The position numbers and the translations under genes are program-made. Positions 26,462 through 40,900 of a stretch of 64,000 nt of DNA are shown one piece after another. The DNA is from Trichoplax sp. H2. Its lineage: Eukaryota. Under the pieces are notes generated by a model. That model did no database searches, was not told the origin of the DNA, and worked only from the letters and a program-made list of their open reading frames with translations. Position 1 is the stretch's first letter; each line of letters starts with the position of its first letter. Location of the stretch: the NCBI GenBank assembly GCA_003344405.1, contig NOWV01000016.1:744001-808000 (forward strand). Reading direction: 5' to 3'.

Positions 26462-29400
26462 ATTATAGTAGCAGACAATACTAGACACTGGACAGAGGAC
26501 TGTACAGACGGCTGAGCAGTCAGACAGACGGACTTTCCGGAGCCAATATGGAAAAATGATTACTTAGTATGGGATCTTTTATGTCTAGTTTCTAAATGAC
26601 TGGGTCTCATTTCAATAGTGTCTATGAGCTTATATGACTGTTTTCAAGCCAAATTATAGTAGCAGACAATAAGGTTCAATGTAATATTTATATTTTTATT
26701 TACAATGTACTGTACAGTGTACAGTGTACAGTGTACAGTACAGCAAGGCCGAGGCATACAGTACAGTACAGTACAGTACAGTAGTCACCTTGACTTGTCA
26801 AGTAACATATTGCCATCAGGCCCATCACATTCCATGGAAATTCGTACTTCGACACAGTGGCAGCAGCTATATCTGCATAGTCGTTATCCTTTTGTCATAA
26901 AACACCAATCCGGAGTTCGAAGTGATATTTGACTTCCCTGCAATAGACTGCTATGTATCTTACCTACTACTAATAGTTGTTATTATTATAATTCATTATA
27001 ATTCATCGGTAATGCATACTCGAAATGTACTCGCAGGTCAGGATCGGGAATATGGCTATAGCAGCTAAAATCTCGTCAATAAACTGCAATTAAAATATAT
27101 ATACTATAAACCCAGAACAAATTTCCTTCATCCACCTGAATCAGAATCATACAGTACATCATGATTGATGTGCTATCGAGGACTATTTTTGACTCGTGTC
27201 TTTTAATTCATTTTCCAGTTTGAGGTGTGAGAAAGCAGCAGCTAGTACAGTAGCTCATTAGTGCTTAATGCGATAGCTGGTAGCTATAGATTATAGTGTA
27301 CCTTCATTTTAATGTATATATATAACATATATATACAGTACAGTACAGTATTATTATTGCATTTTTGATTATTATTTTAATTTTATTTTTAATTTTTGGG
27401 GGGATAAAAAAGAGTGCATTCTGTGATCACACAGTATATAACAATATCGCAGAGATCATCGTTATCTGTTGGAATTGTGTCGTTGAAGCCAACATTAGTA
27501 AGGTCGAAATTCGATACTGTTATGTACACGTAGTAGCGTTTCATGTCGGAAAGTTGATCAGTAACGGATTCCGGATCGACCGGTAGGACACGTAAGCGAT
27601 GAAAATTATGACAGAAATAATGAACCATCGACAGTGATCAATCAGGGCTTTTTACTATTGTGATCGATACAGTCCACAGTCAAGAGCAACACTACGCATA
27701 GTAGAAGGATAAATCCGCGTTTAACGCATGGGTCTTCAGCTTTCCTCGGCTAAAAGAGGTGAAAGGTTATTCAGGGGCTACCTTTAATTATGCCAACAGC
27801 ATGTATTTATATATATTTGGAAAAGCAGCTTGTTAGTATTAAATCACAATGCTTATGTATTATACGAAGAACAATAGTGTCCTGAATGAAGTTCCAAAGT
27901 TCACCATGTCCTTTCAGAATCATCCAAAATGTCTTACACGGAAGCGTACAAGGGATACGTGCAAAATAACATCGCAAACCTCAATCAGCTTTTATACTAT
28001 GTCAACCATGGCTGTTTACCGTTGCACCTTCGACATATGTTTGGACCAGGTTGGTAGAATATTTTACTCACAGCATCCATCATGGCATGGAGCATTGTAC
28101 TTAGAATGCATAAATTACCATAACAATAGCTCGTATAATAACGGTATGACCAAGAATAGAAGGTCAAAATTTATTTTAAGACTTTATAAACTTTGTCTAT
28201 TTTATATTTTAATTTCACTCAAATTCTCATTTTACTGTTGGTGTGTACTGCCAGTACCAGCATTATATATAGCTCGTCAGATTGATAAAATTGTGGCATT
28301 TAGGATTTTCAGTGGCATCGATTGCAGTTACTGGCGTGCTCCTTACCAAGTGTAAGTTAATATTGATTCTCCAGCTTTACCTTTCCTCTACCTTGTTTCG
28401 ATCAATGTTAACGGTGTCAAGTTTATCAATATCATGACCTGAATTTCAACATAATGGAACTGATTGTTTTTTTAACGTTTGATGTGATTTATTAATACAA
28501 CCACTAATGATAGAACCTATAGTGGTAAAATGAGGGGATATTTAGTACCGGAGACATATACTACTGTATATTTGAAAAGCTTATCGAATTAGGTTACATT
28601 ATGACTGGCCTTCTAAAATGAATGGTACATGACATCGATAGTCTTGTATTAGCTTTGCATTTGTTTTTTTTTCTTTTTTCACTTTCAGTGATTATTTCTA
28701 TCATTGTGCGATACTCTGCTAGCTACACGCGATAATGACGATAAATTCGCACGTAAGCCTAAAAGGTTCGAGCGAGCCTAGGCTCGGTGACTCCAGGCTA
28801 CTAATGTGCAATATTGCTAATTCACGCTTTTCGTGAATGATACGTAAGGGATAAAAAAAGGAAATCTTACATTTCTTTATCGCAGAGGAGAGTGGATGTT
28901 ATCCAGTTTTTGAGCACTATAATAGAGGCCCAATTTTCGCAGCATATATGAACACGAACATCTTTGGTTTCGCTAACTTTATATCAGCTTTACTGAACGC
29001 GCTGCTATCGTGGTGCACTCATTATGGTTCATTCTGCTGTCGAATTTCTATTCAATTCAAGAGGACGAGGGGAAAGATACCTTAAGATTTGGCAGTCACA
29101 CTTGTGTCCCTGATATTGAGCATCTTCAGGGCGAGGTTCATCTAGGTAATATACGTATATCGCCGTCGGCCTTTAAAGCAACATATTTAATGTATCATAT
29201 CAACAAGGCCATCGTGAATGCTTTGAGCTTGATGATTCTGGACTTTATTTGTTAATTCGATATTGCACAGTTTCAATTTCACAGACATGACTTTTTATTC
29301 GTTCATCTACTGCATCGTAGGAATAGCCATTAAAATGCTAAAATGTTTAATGCAACGATGCTTTCTAACTTTACTTGCTTGGCCCATTTTGCTATCGATG

Positions 29401-29599
29401 CTTGACATAAAAAAAAACTTGAATAATATAATTATTATGGGTTAAAAGGTCATTAATAACTAATTTAATCAAAGGTCTATTAGATCAATGCTGATTCGGT
29501 CTGTCATTTCTCTCAGTTCAAATTCATTATAGCACAGTACTAGAAAGCTGGTACATTGCAGTAGTACAACTATTTTGATACATTACATTAATTAATTTT

Positions 29600-29678
29600 A
29601 GGGGAATTTTCTGAATTGTCATTGATTGTGATAGTAATAACAGAAATGTCAATCAATGATAATTCAGAAAATTCCCCT
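29600..29678. repeat. 29-bp inverted repeat with 21-bp spacer (MITE-like remnant)
   Basis: AGGGGAATTTTCTGAATTGTCATTGATTG / CAATCAATGATAATTCAGAAAATTCCCCT, one mismatch. Confidence 0.75.
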
Positions 29679-32151
29679 TAGTTTTATCATGAGAGGATAG
29701 TCTGGGCCGGTATACCGGCGCACATTAACATTCAATAATAAACATAGCGATGCTGACCTTGCCACTGCATTTCATTGCATGTGTTATACTATGCGATCCC
29801 TTACGAATTTTCGATAATGCAATGTTTTGGATCAATTTTGTAAAAATTGTTCCAAAATGCATAGTTATCATACATACGTTCGTAGTAAAGTCCATAATAA
29901 TGATTGGTATTTTGTAGGCATTTTATTCATAATTTTTACCATTCAGATATATCAAATGAAAGGGATCGCATTGCAAGCATGGGCTGGCAGTCTGGCACAT
30001 GCGGAATATGATACGTGATTAGGCCTCGCATAGCCCATCCCAGTACAGTGATCTCAAAGTAAATAAATACGTCTACAAAACATGATAGTTTTTAGCTTAC
30101 GTCAATAAATCAATTCTGTTTCCAGTGGGTATAGACTATAGACAATAGCTTACTGTATCTTAATCCTATAAGCGATTACGGAATTTAATAGCTATAGTAA
30201 TGCAAAAGTTGTCAAATTTCTACTCTACTGACAGACAGTACTAGCACTGGAACTTACCCAACAGTCTTATTATCTGAATGTTCTTGTAGACTGAATTAGA
30301 GAAACGAGCTAAAAAATTCCTTTTTTAGTCTACATATGCAAATGATCTGAATGTTCTACCATAAGTAAAGCAAATTTACAGTGGCTTTATTGGTTATTTA
30401 TTTCAGCCATGATCTTGCTAGAATTTCCAAGTGGTAGTATTTTATTAACTTGTGTACGGGAAATGATCATTGCTTTGAGTAGTTTCAATACAAGTATGAG
30501 TAAGCAAAGATTAATATGACCCACCCACTAAAAGTTCAAGAATTAGCTGAAAATTTCAACAACGCAAGTGCGATATCTGCGTTAGAATTGTACGTAGCAT
30601 AATCATCTGCTAGTGATCGCTATACAGCAATATCTCAAAGGCTATACCCAAGTATATAAACATTGTCAAAACAGGAATTAAGTTGTTCTCGCAACGGATC
30701 TAGAATTTAATTTATTGATGTTCTATAATGACCTTGATTAATGTATAGCCGGTAATTCGTTGTAGTTATCAATACTGCAGTATAAATTAGAACCATTCAT
30801 TGACTATGGTTTTGAAATGACGTTCGTAGACAATTACAGCTCAAGGGTATCAATATGATTATTTGAATCCATCTAATTGCATGTGTATATAGGTTACGGC
30901 CAAAACGTAACATATACATAAGCAAGACGCCACATTACCCAGCATGATACTTTTCAAATTACAACGTATAATAGTCAAGACATGAAATGTTATACTGCAG
31001 GTATACTCTATTTTCATGTTAAACTAGCTGACTAGAAATAATGTCTACAAGCATTGTTGCATATGTAACATATTTGTATTCCATTGTTAGGTATTCTATC
31101 TTGCATCTTTCTATTCTAAAGATTAAATCGAATAGACACCAATAAAAGCTCTCCTCTAAGTTATAGGATGATAAGAATGATGGAATGATACAAACAGTTG
31201 AATGACTAAACTAAATAATTTCTCTCTGTTAATGACTAAATGGACTGAAATAATTAGAATCTGATGTAGCACTAATTATAACATAATATCAATTGACGCT
31301 ATACTACCATAGAATTTTAAACGGTTTTAATGTAGTTGATATCTCACACAAGAGCTTAATATCAAATCTAACCGAGAAATTCCGTAATTCCTGCTCCATA
31401 AATAATAAAATGGCAGTTTTGTATTCTCTAACGAAATGCAAATTTTAGAATTACAATCCTGAAATTATCTATCAGGAGTAATGACCTTGAATTTATCAAT
31501 GAATAACTGATGTATAATCTAAGAAAGGTCTAAGATAATTACAACAACTACCTTCAAAAAATCAGTATTTACTTGGTGTTATTTACGTATCAATTATTCA
31601 TTACGGGTTAATCAATTGTCCAATATTAAATATGTATTGTAAAATGCTAAAGGATTTATTGAATGCACATATTTGGCCTGTAAAAATTTAAAATGAGTGA
31701 CGAAAATAACTTGGACTGATGGCACTTAATTTAGAGTCAAACTAAATATAAATTCATTAAGTTAAGTCGATACAGCGTCTATTATGTTGATAACTTCTAC
31801 CTTCTGATCTGTCCCAACTTAATCCAATCCTGTCACATCCTATAATCAACTTTCTAAAGTAGCAATTCCAAAATAGCTAATTCTATAAAAGCACTTAACA
31901 ACCCGATCGTAATGTTTTGTATTAACAATGTTTATGATCTTAAGATACATACATGGAGTTAGCATTCACTCAGAAACTATAGACAAAATATATTTACTAC
32001 TATTTCTGTAGCATTTAGAAGATTCCTTAGATATTTTTACTACTATGTATAGGTTGCTGCAGAGGATTAACGTTACTGCTGCAAGTTCACTACACTGATA
32101 GCTAATCATATTTATAAATTTCCTCTGATAGGCATTTAATAGTATAACATC

Positions 32152-35100
32152 ATGGCTGAAACTTCTTTCCAGTATCAAGATTCCTTACCACACTTGCCTG
32201 TACCGAAATTACAAGACACGTTACAGAGGTACTTGAGATCAGTACAAGCCATCGTTAGTGATGATCAGTATAGCAAAACCAAAGAAATCGTTGAAGAATT
32301 TGGAAAATCAGGCGGGTTAGGTGAAAAATTGACCCAAAAATTGAAAGAAAGAGCAAAGACTCACGATAATTGGGTGAGCAACATCACCATAGTTGCTACC
32401 ATAACTAATAGCCATAGACCTAAATAATGTTAATATCGCTATATTATACAACAATTGACCTAAAAGTCGAGCGTACTAATGAATTACTTAAAATTAAAAA
32501 GAGTTAATAAATAACCACTTCTACTGCAAAATTGCTCGTAATAAAATTTATACGATTTTTTAATATTAATCTAGGTAGATGATTTTTGGATACGATATGC
32601 ATATTTGTCCGTTAGAGAACCTCTAATGATAAAATGTTCGCCAGTGCTTTCCATAATTTATCGACCGGTTCAAACTGTAGACGAGCAATTAAGGTAAATA
32701 AGAGAACGAAAAGCGTTCTTTGCTATTTACTGTTTTCTAATTATAGCTACGCGCATATTATAATTATAATCAATTTAAATAAGTAAATATCTTTCAATTA
32801 ACATGAAGCGAATGAAAAGTTTAGTTTGTATTGTAAATTTTACATTTTAGCAAAGTGATGCATACGGTAATGTATTAGTCGTACTTGCTATTAATGATGT
32901 AGTGCATTAGTCATAGATGCAATTTGTTCTATGATATACTATAATGTAGTATATGCAGATTTTTATTGAGAAAGTTAGAATATAATGTAGTGAATATATC
33001 ATAACATGTAAATGTAACATAGCTAAATATATGAATCCTAGAAGATTCACTAACTTGAATATTATACTACTTGTAGTAAACTTCGAGTACTTTCAAGGAA
33101 TCTGTAAAACCATTATAATTCATATTACTACAATCTACTCACGACGTATTTTGTATATTTCACCTGTAGAATAGATGACACATATTACAATGTTAATGTA
33201 CTGACATTTATTAACTAGGCTTGCAGCCAAAGTTCTTTTTGGAATACTGCAACATAACCACGCAATTCAATCGTAAGTTATTAATACTTGACTATAGATG
33301 CTAAAACAAGCTAAATTGTCCCCTCTCATTATTTATTAATTGAAATTTAAATGGATACCTAGCGTACAGTTACAAATCAGTAGATAAATTTACATTAATA
33401 ATAATAAGATACAATAAATAGTATTTTAAATAAGTGTATGCAAATACTAATGGTAGCGTTTTAAATTTAGGGAAACATTACCAGTTGATAAAGTTGCCGG
33501 CCGTGCTATATGTATGAGCCAATATAAGAAAATCTTTAATGGCTATCGTATTCCGGGAGAGAAATTGGACTCCGCTGCAACGTTTACCGCCGAAAATCCA
33601 CAACCATCAAATTTGATTGTTGCTTACAAGGATCAGGTAGAATAGTAGAATATTTTAACCGATAGTTTAACATTTCAAGAACTACGCTTTATTCTCCAAC
33701 AGATACAATTTTATTTGTTCACATATCAGATTTTTCGTTTTATATGGCATATAAACGAATTAATATCTAATTTTATTGAAATGTTTGTCCGCGCGCTGCA
33801 AAATAGTTTTTCAGCGTTGACGTTATTAAAGATGGCAAGTTTCTTACGGTAGCAGATATTTATGGGATATTTAAAGAAATTACCGAGAAACACCAAGATA
33901 GAGGAAAAGGTGTAGGCGTTTTTACTGCTATCAATCGTGATTCGTGTTTCGAAGCTTATACTGAATTAATGAAAGGTAACGGTTTATTTCTGACATACAT
34001 TATATATGTTTTCTATAATAATAATATTCGTTTCTTATAAAAGCCCTAGCTGTGCTTTAAGTGAAGTATTATGCTTATTAACTATTTTTGATACAGATAA
34101 GACGAATGCCAATAATCTGGAGAAGATTATCAAAAGCCTTTTTGTTCTAGCTATCGAATCTCATGAATTGGGCGCAGAAACAGATGACGGAAATCAAATC
34201 AAAGCTAAGAAGCCGATATCAACAATTTGTAAACAGTTACTTACGGGCTGTGGCATAGAAGGCGACGCTTGTAACAGGTGGTACGATAAAAGGCTACAGG
34301 TAAATAAAGCCCTAGTAACCAGCTGTTGGTTATATTGTTCACAGTGAAATCAGATAGCTATTTTTGTTTAAATTTAATAGATCACAGTTGGAATTGATGG
34401 ATCTGTTACACTTATCGGAGAACATTCCGCAATTGATGGTACTGCAGTTCTTGAGTTGTGCAAACAAATCATACAGACGTCGTAAGTTTATGTTACGCCT
34501 TTATTGTAGTAAAGTAGTGAGAGGTAGTTAAACTTGAATAATTCTTTGGCGCCAAAAAATTAAGGATAATGTTAATTAAATAGGGAATCATTGCATTATA
34601 TGATGAATTTATTATGCTACTGGATAGAGATAATAATGTATATTTGTTGAGTTGCAGATTTATAATTTTACTATATTTCGTGCTTGCTTTAATAATCACT
34701 AATTAATTACATGCATTGAGTCAAGGGACTGTCTATGGTAATAGTAACAACCAAAATTTTGTTTCATCTGAATTATTTCATAGCATATACAGTATTTCTA
34801 TGATAAATTAGTACTTAAGTTCGAAGCTTTGTGGCAACCGTGCAATAAAAATAATTTTAAAAACTTTTAGAGGTTGTCCCGATAATGATTTAAAACCGAC
34901 AGAGCTACCATCTATACAAAAGTTAGAATGGAATCTCAACGAGAATCTAGAAAATCGAATCCGGAAAGGAAAAGTAGAAGCTGCTTCGTGAGTATTATTA
35001 CTTCTCTGTTAACAGTGGATGACACATAGCTAAGTCCTTTGATAAAGATGTGGCCATGAGAAATTGAGTAATGGTGTTTTCAATTTTTATTCGTTATGAT

Positions 35101-36259
35101 TAGCACTATCAATGATATCAGCGTCGAGATTTTAAAATGGGAAGAATATGGCAAAGAATTTATCAAATCGCAGAAAATGAGCCCTGACAGTTTTATGCAA
35201 ATATTATTTCAAGTTGCATACTACAAGTAAGTGTACCTGCCCGATTATTGTTTACTCCAACGTAAGTGTATTAGAAAGATTATATTGTGGGATTGTACTG
35301 ACTGAGGTAAGTTTGATACAGAGTTCACAAAGAAATAGCATCGCAGTACGAAAGCGGAGCAACCAAATTATTTCTACTTGGAAGAACAGAAGTTATTCGG
35401 TCAACGTCTGTAGAATCTGTGGAATTTATTAACGCATTTCTATCAGATTCTGTCTCGGTTAGTGGCTATATTTTAAGTAAATAGCTTATCTTTAAATAGG
35501 TTGCATAACAATGATGAACGGTTTCCAATGACAAGTTTTCCATTGTAACAGAATGATCAGAAGAAAGCGCTTTTTAGGAAGGCGGTAGAAGTGCACAAAA
35601 AATATGCCTTACAGGTACCATACTTTTTGCGGTTTTTATCAAACTAAGTTAACTCTATTATGCTAATGAATATAGTCAGTATGCAAGCTCGATACCTTAC
35701 TTGTAATACCATAATGATATTTTTCTATATCAAATTTATACTTAGCGTTTGCTTTATAGTCGAGCAACTATTGTTTTGCTAATTTAGGCTAGTATGGGTC
35801 AAGGCTGGGATCGCCACCTGTTTGGAATGAAGATTTGGGCGTTAGAAAATGGAATGGAGACACCAGCAATATTTAGTGACCCCACTTACAATACTCTAAG
35901 CCAATTTAAGCTTTCAACTAGTCAAGTAAGTACGGTTTAAATACGTAAATGCCTACATAAAATTTCCCTGCTCAATTGCTTTTATTCTTTCCAAGGTAGT
36001 TGTTACTCATATTCTCTAATGTGCTTTATTATCTATCATTTATTGTTGATATGTACAGGTAACGCTTCCAACAGATACATCAGTGGCATGTTTTGCACCA
36101 GTCGTTGAGGATGGTTATGGTATATCTTACAATATTAGTTCCAATTTTTTCATTGTCTCAGTTACATCTTTTAACTCTTGTTCAAAAACAAGCGCTACCG
36201 AATTCTATAATGCGCTAATACAAACTCTGAATGGCATTAAGCTACTATTGGAAAGTTAA
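32152..36259 (+). CDS. Carnitine/choline O-acyltransferase family protein (carnitine acyltransferase-like), ~13 exons
   Basis: Motifs SLPHLPVPKLQDTLQRYL, NWVDDFWIRYAYL, CMSQYKKIFNGYRIPG, NRWYDK, catalytic GEHSAIDG (His codon 34423-34425), SPDSFMQ, YESGAT..GRTEVIRS, GQGWDRHLFG, LSTSQV and FAPVVEDGYG; stop TAA at 36257-36259. Confidence 0.92.
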
Positions 36260-37995
36260 TTATGGACTGAATTTCGAACGGTACCGAGTAGTACCCATTT
36301 CCCTTTTAATCTAGAAATAAAATCTAGCGTAAATGCCCAACAGAGATAAATGCAATGTCTATCAAGAGCTAATACTACTGATTATAATACGATCATCTGT
36401 CCTAAGTTTCTTATTTGTAATTAGATATAATAGACACTTCAATTTTATGTTAGCTATCTGACGTATTGATTATGCAATAGATATATTACGCAAATTTATG
36501 GTCTACAGTATTAAAGTCATTGATCTTTTAATCTTAGCCCATTGTATTTCCACGTTTCAAATAGGTTAGAATAGATGATAGTCTCAGCATTTTGAAATAG
36601 CGGCATCTGATTTATTATGTTTTTGCTTGATAGATATTTGATCCGAAAATAGATTTGTAGAAATGTACGTAGCCATCTACATTAATACCGTATGTAATTA
36701 TAGCACTGCTAATAGCACTGTAGCTGTATGATGGAATGACATATATGGAAGATTTTAGTATATCATTTATGTCTTCTGGGTATCTGGAGTAATGACATGA
36801 TAATCTGTATGTTAAATCGTTCTTTAGTTACGCTATGAATAAACAGGATGAGATTTCATAAGTTAACTTGATTTCCTCCTTCATGATTTATGGAAACTTC
36901 ACTGTAAAGCCAATATAACTTAAATAGGCATTTATTAGGAGATACATTTGTATATTTAAAGGCTGAATGTCAATCTTTGTATGCATAATATTTCTTCATA
37001 TATAAGGAGTGACTTTAACAGTAGACAATTAATTAATTATTATTACAATATAAATTTGATAAATTCGATATATAGTATCCAGAATAATATAGGTTACATT
37101 ACTAAAGTGCATGTGATATGGTACATTTAAATTACAGCAGTGATTATTTTGCTGTTTGATGGCTTACCGAGCAGAACATTGGAATGTTTGATAAAACGTA
37201 ATTCTATTTTATGTTGAGAATTGAGGCGCTAGTTTTGAGCTATTAGTAAGTGATAATTTGTTATTGTAGTTTCCGGATTAATGAAATTAAATGGAACATA
37301 TATCTAAGTCCTAGATGTTGCATACAATACATTAGCATTTGCTTAATTACTGATATTTGCCTTCAACATCAAAATTCTAGCTGTAAAACAATTCCAAAAT
37401 GAAAATAATCTCATAAACGTAAGTAGTCTCTTAGATGATATTTAATTTAATCAAACATCATGAAAGTAATACATAGTACTTTTTTACTTGTTTCACATGA
37501 TACAGTTAAAGTAGGAAGATTATTTTAATAATCGGAATCGTAAAGATTATAGTTAGAAATGATAATAGTAATATAAATAACCTAAATTATAGTATATTAC
37601 AAAATCCTTAGTATCGCAAAATATGCTGAATAAAGATAAACTTCATCATATTAACATACCCATCGCATCAAATTTTGAAAACTACAGTAATTTGAATACT
37701 GTACTGCTTATTCCACATCGTTATTAATACATAACAATAATTATTTATATATATAGATAGATAATTAAATAGAATAATTATATAGGAATTAATGTCATCT
37801 ATATTTGGCTTTTCAATAAAATTTATATAACTAAATTTATCAAAATTTATAGTATAATTGTATGAAACTGAACAGAATAAATTATACATTTGTTCATTGA
37901 GTTCTGATTAATTTCTATAAATTATAGAAAGTAAACCATCTTAAAAAGCTAATGGCTATAGCTTTATCTTCTCAAGCCGATCAGGAAATACTCAT

Positions 37996-40900
37996 TTAAC
38001 TCCAAAATAGATTTCTTTTCATCTCTTCGATATCTAATTTTAAGCTAGCAATTTCTCTATAATTAAAGATAAAAAATAAGGTTTAGTTAATTTATAAATA
38101 TGACGTATGGCATTTGAAGTTAGTAAGATATTTTAACCCATTATCAACTTAATTTAAGGTAAAAGTATAGTACAAAGATTGATTGATTATTCTTGTCTCT
38201 AGATGATGATTGTAATTTCTACCATCATGCATACATACGAGTTTACCTTTCAAGGCGGGATGAACTTGATGTTAATTTAGCAACTTGATGATCTTGTGAT
38301 AGCTCGCCCCGATCTAAGGTATAATTGTATTCATCCAATTCATGTTTATGACTATAATCTAGATGATGAATAGGATTGTCATCGTCTAATGCATCCTTTG
38401 ATGTGCTATAATTATAATCATTATCAAGCATTAATTTATGATCAGTTGAGTTAGAGGAATGACGAGAATGTTTATTTCTTGATCGATGTTGCCAAGATTT
38501 TGCATGTTTTTTACTTCTTCGATGGCTCCAACGATAATAATCATCATCGGAATCGCTATAATCGCTAAGGTACAATTCTTCAATTAAATCATTAATATAC
38601 TTTGTTTTTATATTTAAAAGAGGACTTGAACGCCACAATGACTTGTCTTGGCTTCTATAATTACTAGCATATAAATTGTTGTTGGAAGAGTTAACTGTAT
38701 TTACATCATCGGACAGGCTAGTTGATTCATTGATAGAAGATGAAACTGAAGGATCAGATCGATAAAAGTTAGAAGAGCTTGAACGAGAATATTGATATTT
38801 TTCTTCATTCCGTTGATCGACTCCATTACGATTTTTGTTAATTGTCTGTGATTCATTAAAATTGTTATTCTCATCGATATGATAGTTTGCGAGATTCCGT
38901 CTATTTCTAATATCTGCATTAATAGATTCTATATCCTGATCTTTCGCGATCTTTTCATTTTCCAATAGATTATAATGGATTTCATCACCGTACTCATGAC
39001 TCTTGGTGATATCTGCATTACGATGTGGGAAATTTGAAGGAGGGGATGGTCTATTAGAAACATCTAGCAAGTAACTACTTTCTGCTAAAATCTTATGATT
39101 ATCATTGGGTTTCGAAAAGCTATCATAGCCAATTTCAATATTACTACCATCCATCTGTCTAGCTATAATATCTCTCGCTAATAATGCTGGATCAGAGAAA
39201 TCAGGTAAGTGTTCGCTCATTAATTCCGCTTGATCAACATCTTCTGATGCTAAATCTATCGAATCTAGAAAGCTAGGATCATCATTACGATGATATTTGT
39301 AGCTAGTAATATATTGATCGCTTAATAACTTGCTATTAGAATAATAGAATATATTTTCGTCTGCTAGCTTATTTACTCCATCAGTTAATATATTAGATAT
39401 TGGTAGTAATGGACTATTAGGTCGATCTAAGTCTTCTTCTACATTTCTGCTATAATTTGACTGAGCTATAGCCTCTGGATCTGGTTGTAATGTAGGATAA
39501 TAATCATTAAAGCATGAGTTTATACTAGAATTGAAAGACCTCTCGCGATTCTCCTTTGTAATACTTCTATCATCAATCATAACTTCAGTCGAGTCAAGCG
39601 GTCTTCGAGCATATGGCTGACGAACTTCTTGGTAGTTAAAATGATATTGATCGCCATCACTTAATTCAAACCTATCTGTTCGCTCCTTCTCCATTGATAT
39701 CAAATTACTGTTAAGCGATTTCATTCTGTGATGATTATTTTCTATATCATGACTAAAATCATCGTTTAATCTTAAATCATCGCGTAAATAACGCATTTCC
39801 TGTCGCAGTACAGACTGATCTACTACTTCATTATCTTCAGCTTGATTATTTATTTGAATCGGATCATTCGGATCACTGATGCCATCAGTAGCATTCCACA
39901 CAATATCCTAATTAATATTATATCGAATATAGGTTAATAATAGTTATAAAATATATTTTTAAATAATATTTCTTACAATCGTGATTACTGGCAATCTAAT
40001 TACTTCAATAACTTCTATTCACTTACCGTAATAATACTGCCATCGTCTAACGAAATATCAGACCAACGGTCTTTTACTTTTCGATAGAATGCAATATTAT
40101 CATCATCATTATTAATATGGACGGATTGAATATCAACATGGTCGTCTTCATACCCGTGGTCATCAATTACCAGACCATTTCTGTCACTTTGTAAAGAATG
40201 TTGAACTACACTGATATTAAGGTTATGAGCGTCATCGGAGGGTGATGAAGGAGAAGGAATAGGTAACTTTGTGTATCGATTTTGATCATCATCTACCACG
40301 TTACTTGCTTGGCCTAAAGTTCCCGGTATACTGGCACTTCCATCATGCAAAGTGGTTACATCTTCAGATTTAGAAGAGGAAACAGACTCATTTCTTTCTT
40401 TTATCTCTAATGCTATAGTATCGGCATTAATTTGCGAATTTTGATCTGTCTGACTCTCTACTTCATGTATTACTGCAGGTACAGGATCTTTATTTTCGTC
40501 TTCATTCTTGAAACTTTCCTATGGGATAGAATCAATAACAGACTATGAGCTAAAAATACATATGACTAATAAAGATCGCTATTTTCTTCTTCATTCTTGA
40601 TGCTTTCCTATATGATAGGATCAATCACCAACTACGGGCTAAAAATACAAAGGTTTTATAAAGATCGATATTTTCTTTATACGATCAATTATATTTCTAA
40701 GTATGTCTTTACCTCAGTAGCAGATTCTGGTGAATTTGCCTCTAATTTTTGCGTAGATGTATTCGACTTTATATCATTTTGAGAACTAGCATTATTTTCT
40801 TCGTCTGTTTGGCAGTTAATTAGCGTAGAATCACAATATTTGATTACTTGATGCTCCTGAGATTCAGTGTCCTTACTCATGCTTTGCTGGTCAAAAGGCT

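Noticed and set aside
25704-26932. Several 60-114 aa ORFs rich in Y/S/T/V/Q/C
   Set aside because: Translations of TACAG/TACTG low-complexity tracts; one spans the N gap.
27849-28355. 168-aa plus-strand ORF
   Set aside because: No recognisable motif or coherent splice structure; not supportable as a CDS.
32152-36259. Choline acetyltransferase (ChAT) call
   Set aside because: Lacks the VDN motif; it has TEV, closer to carnitine enzymes.
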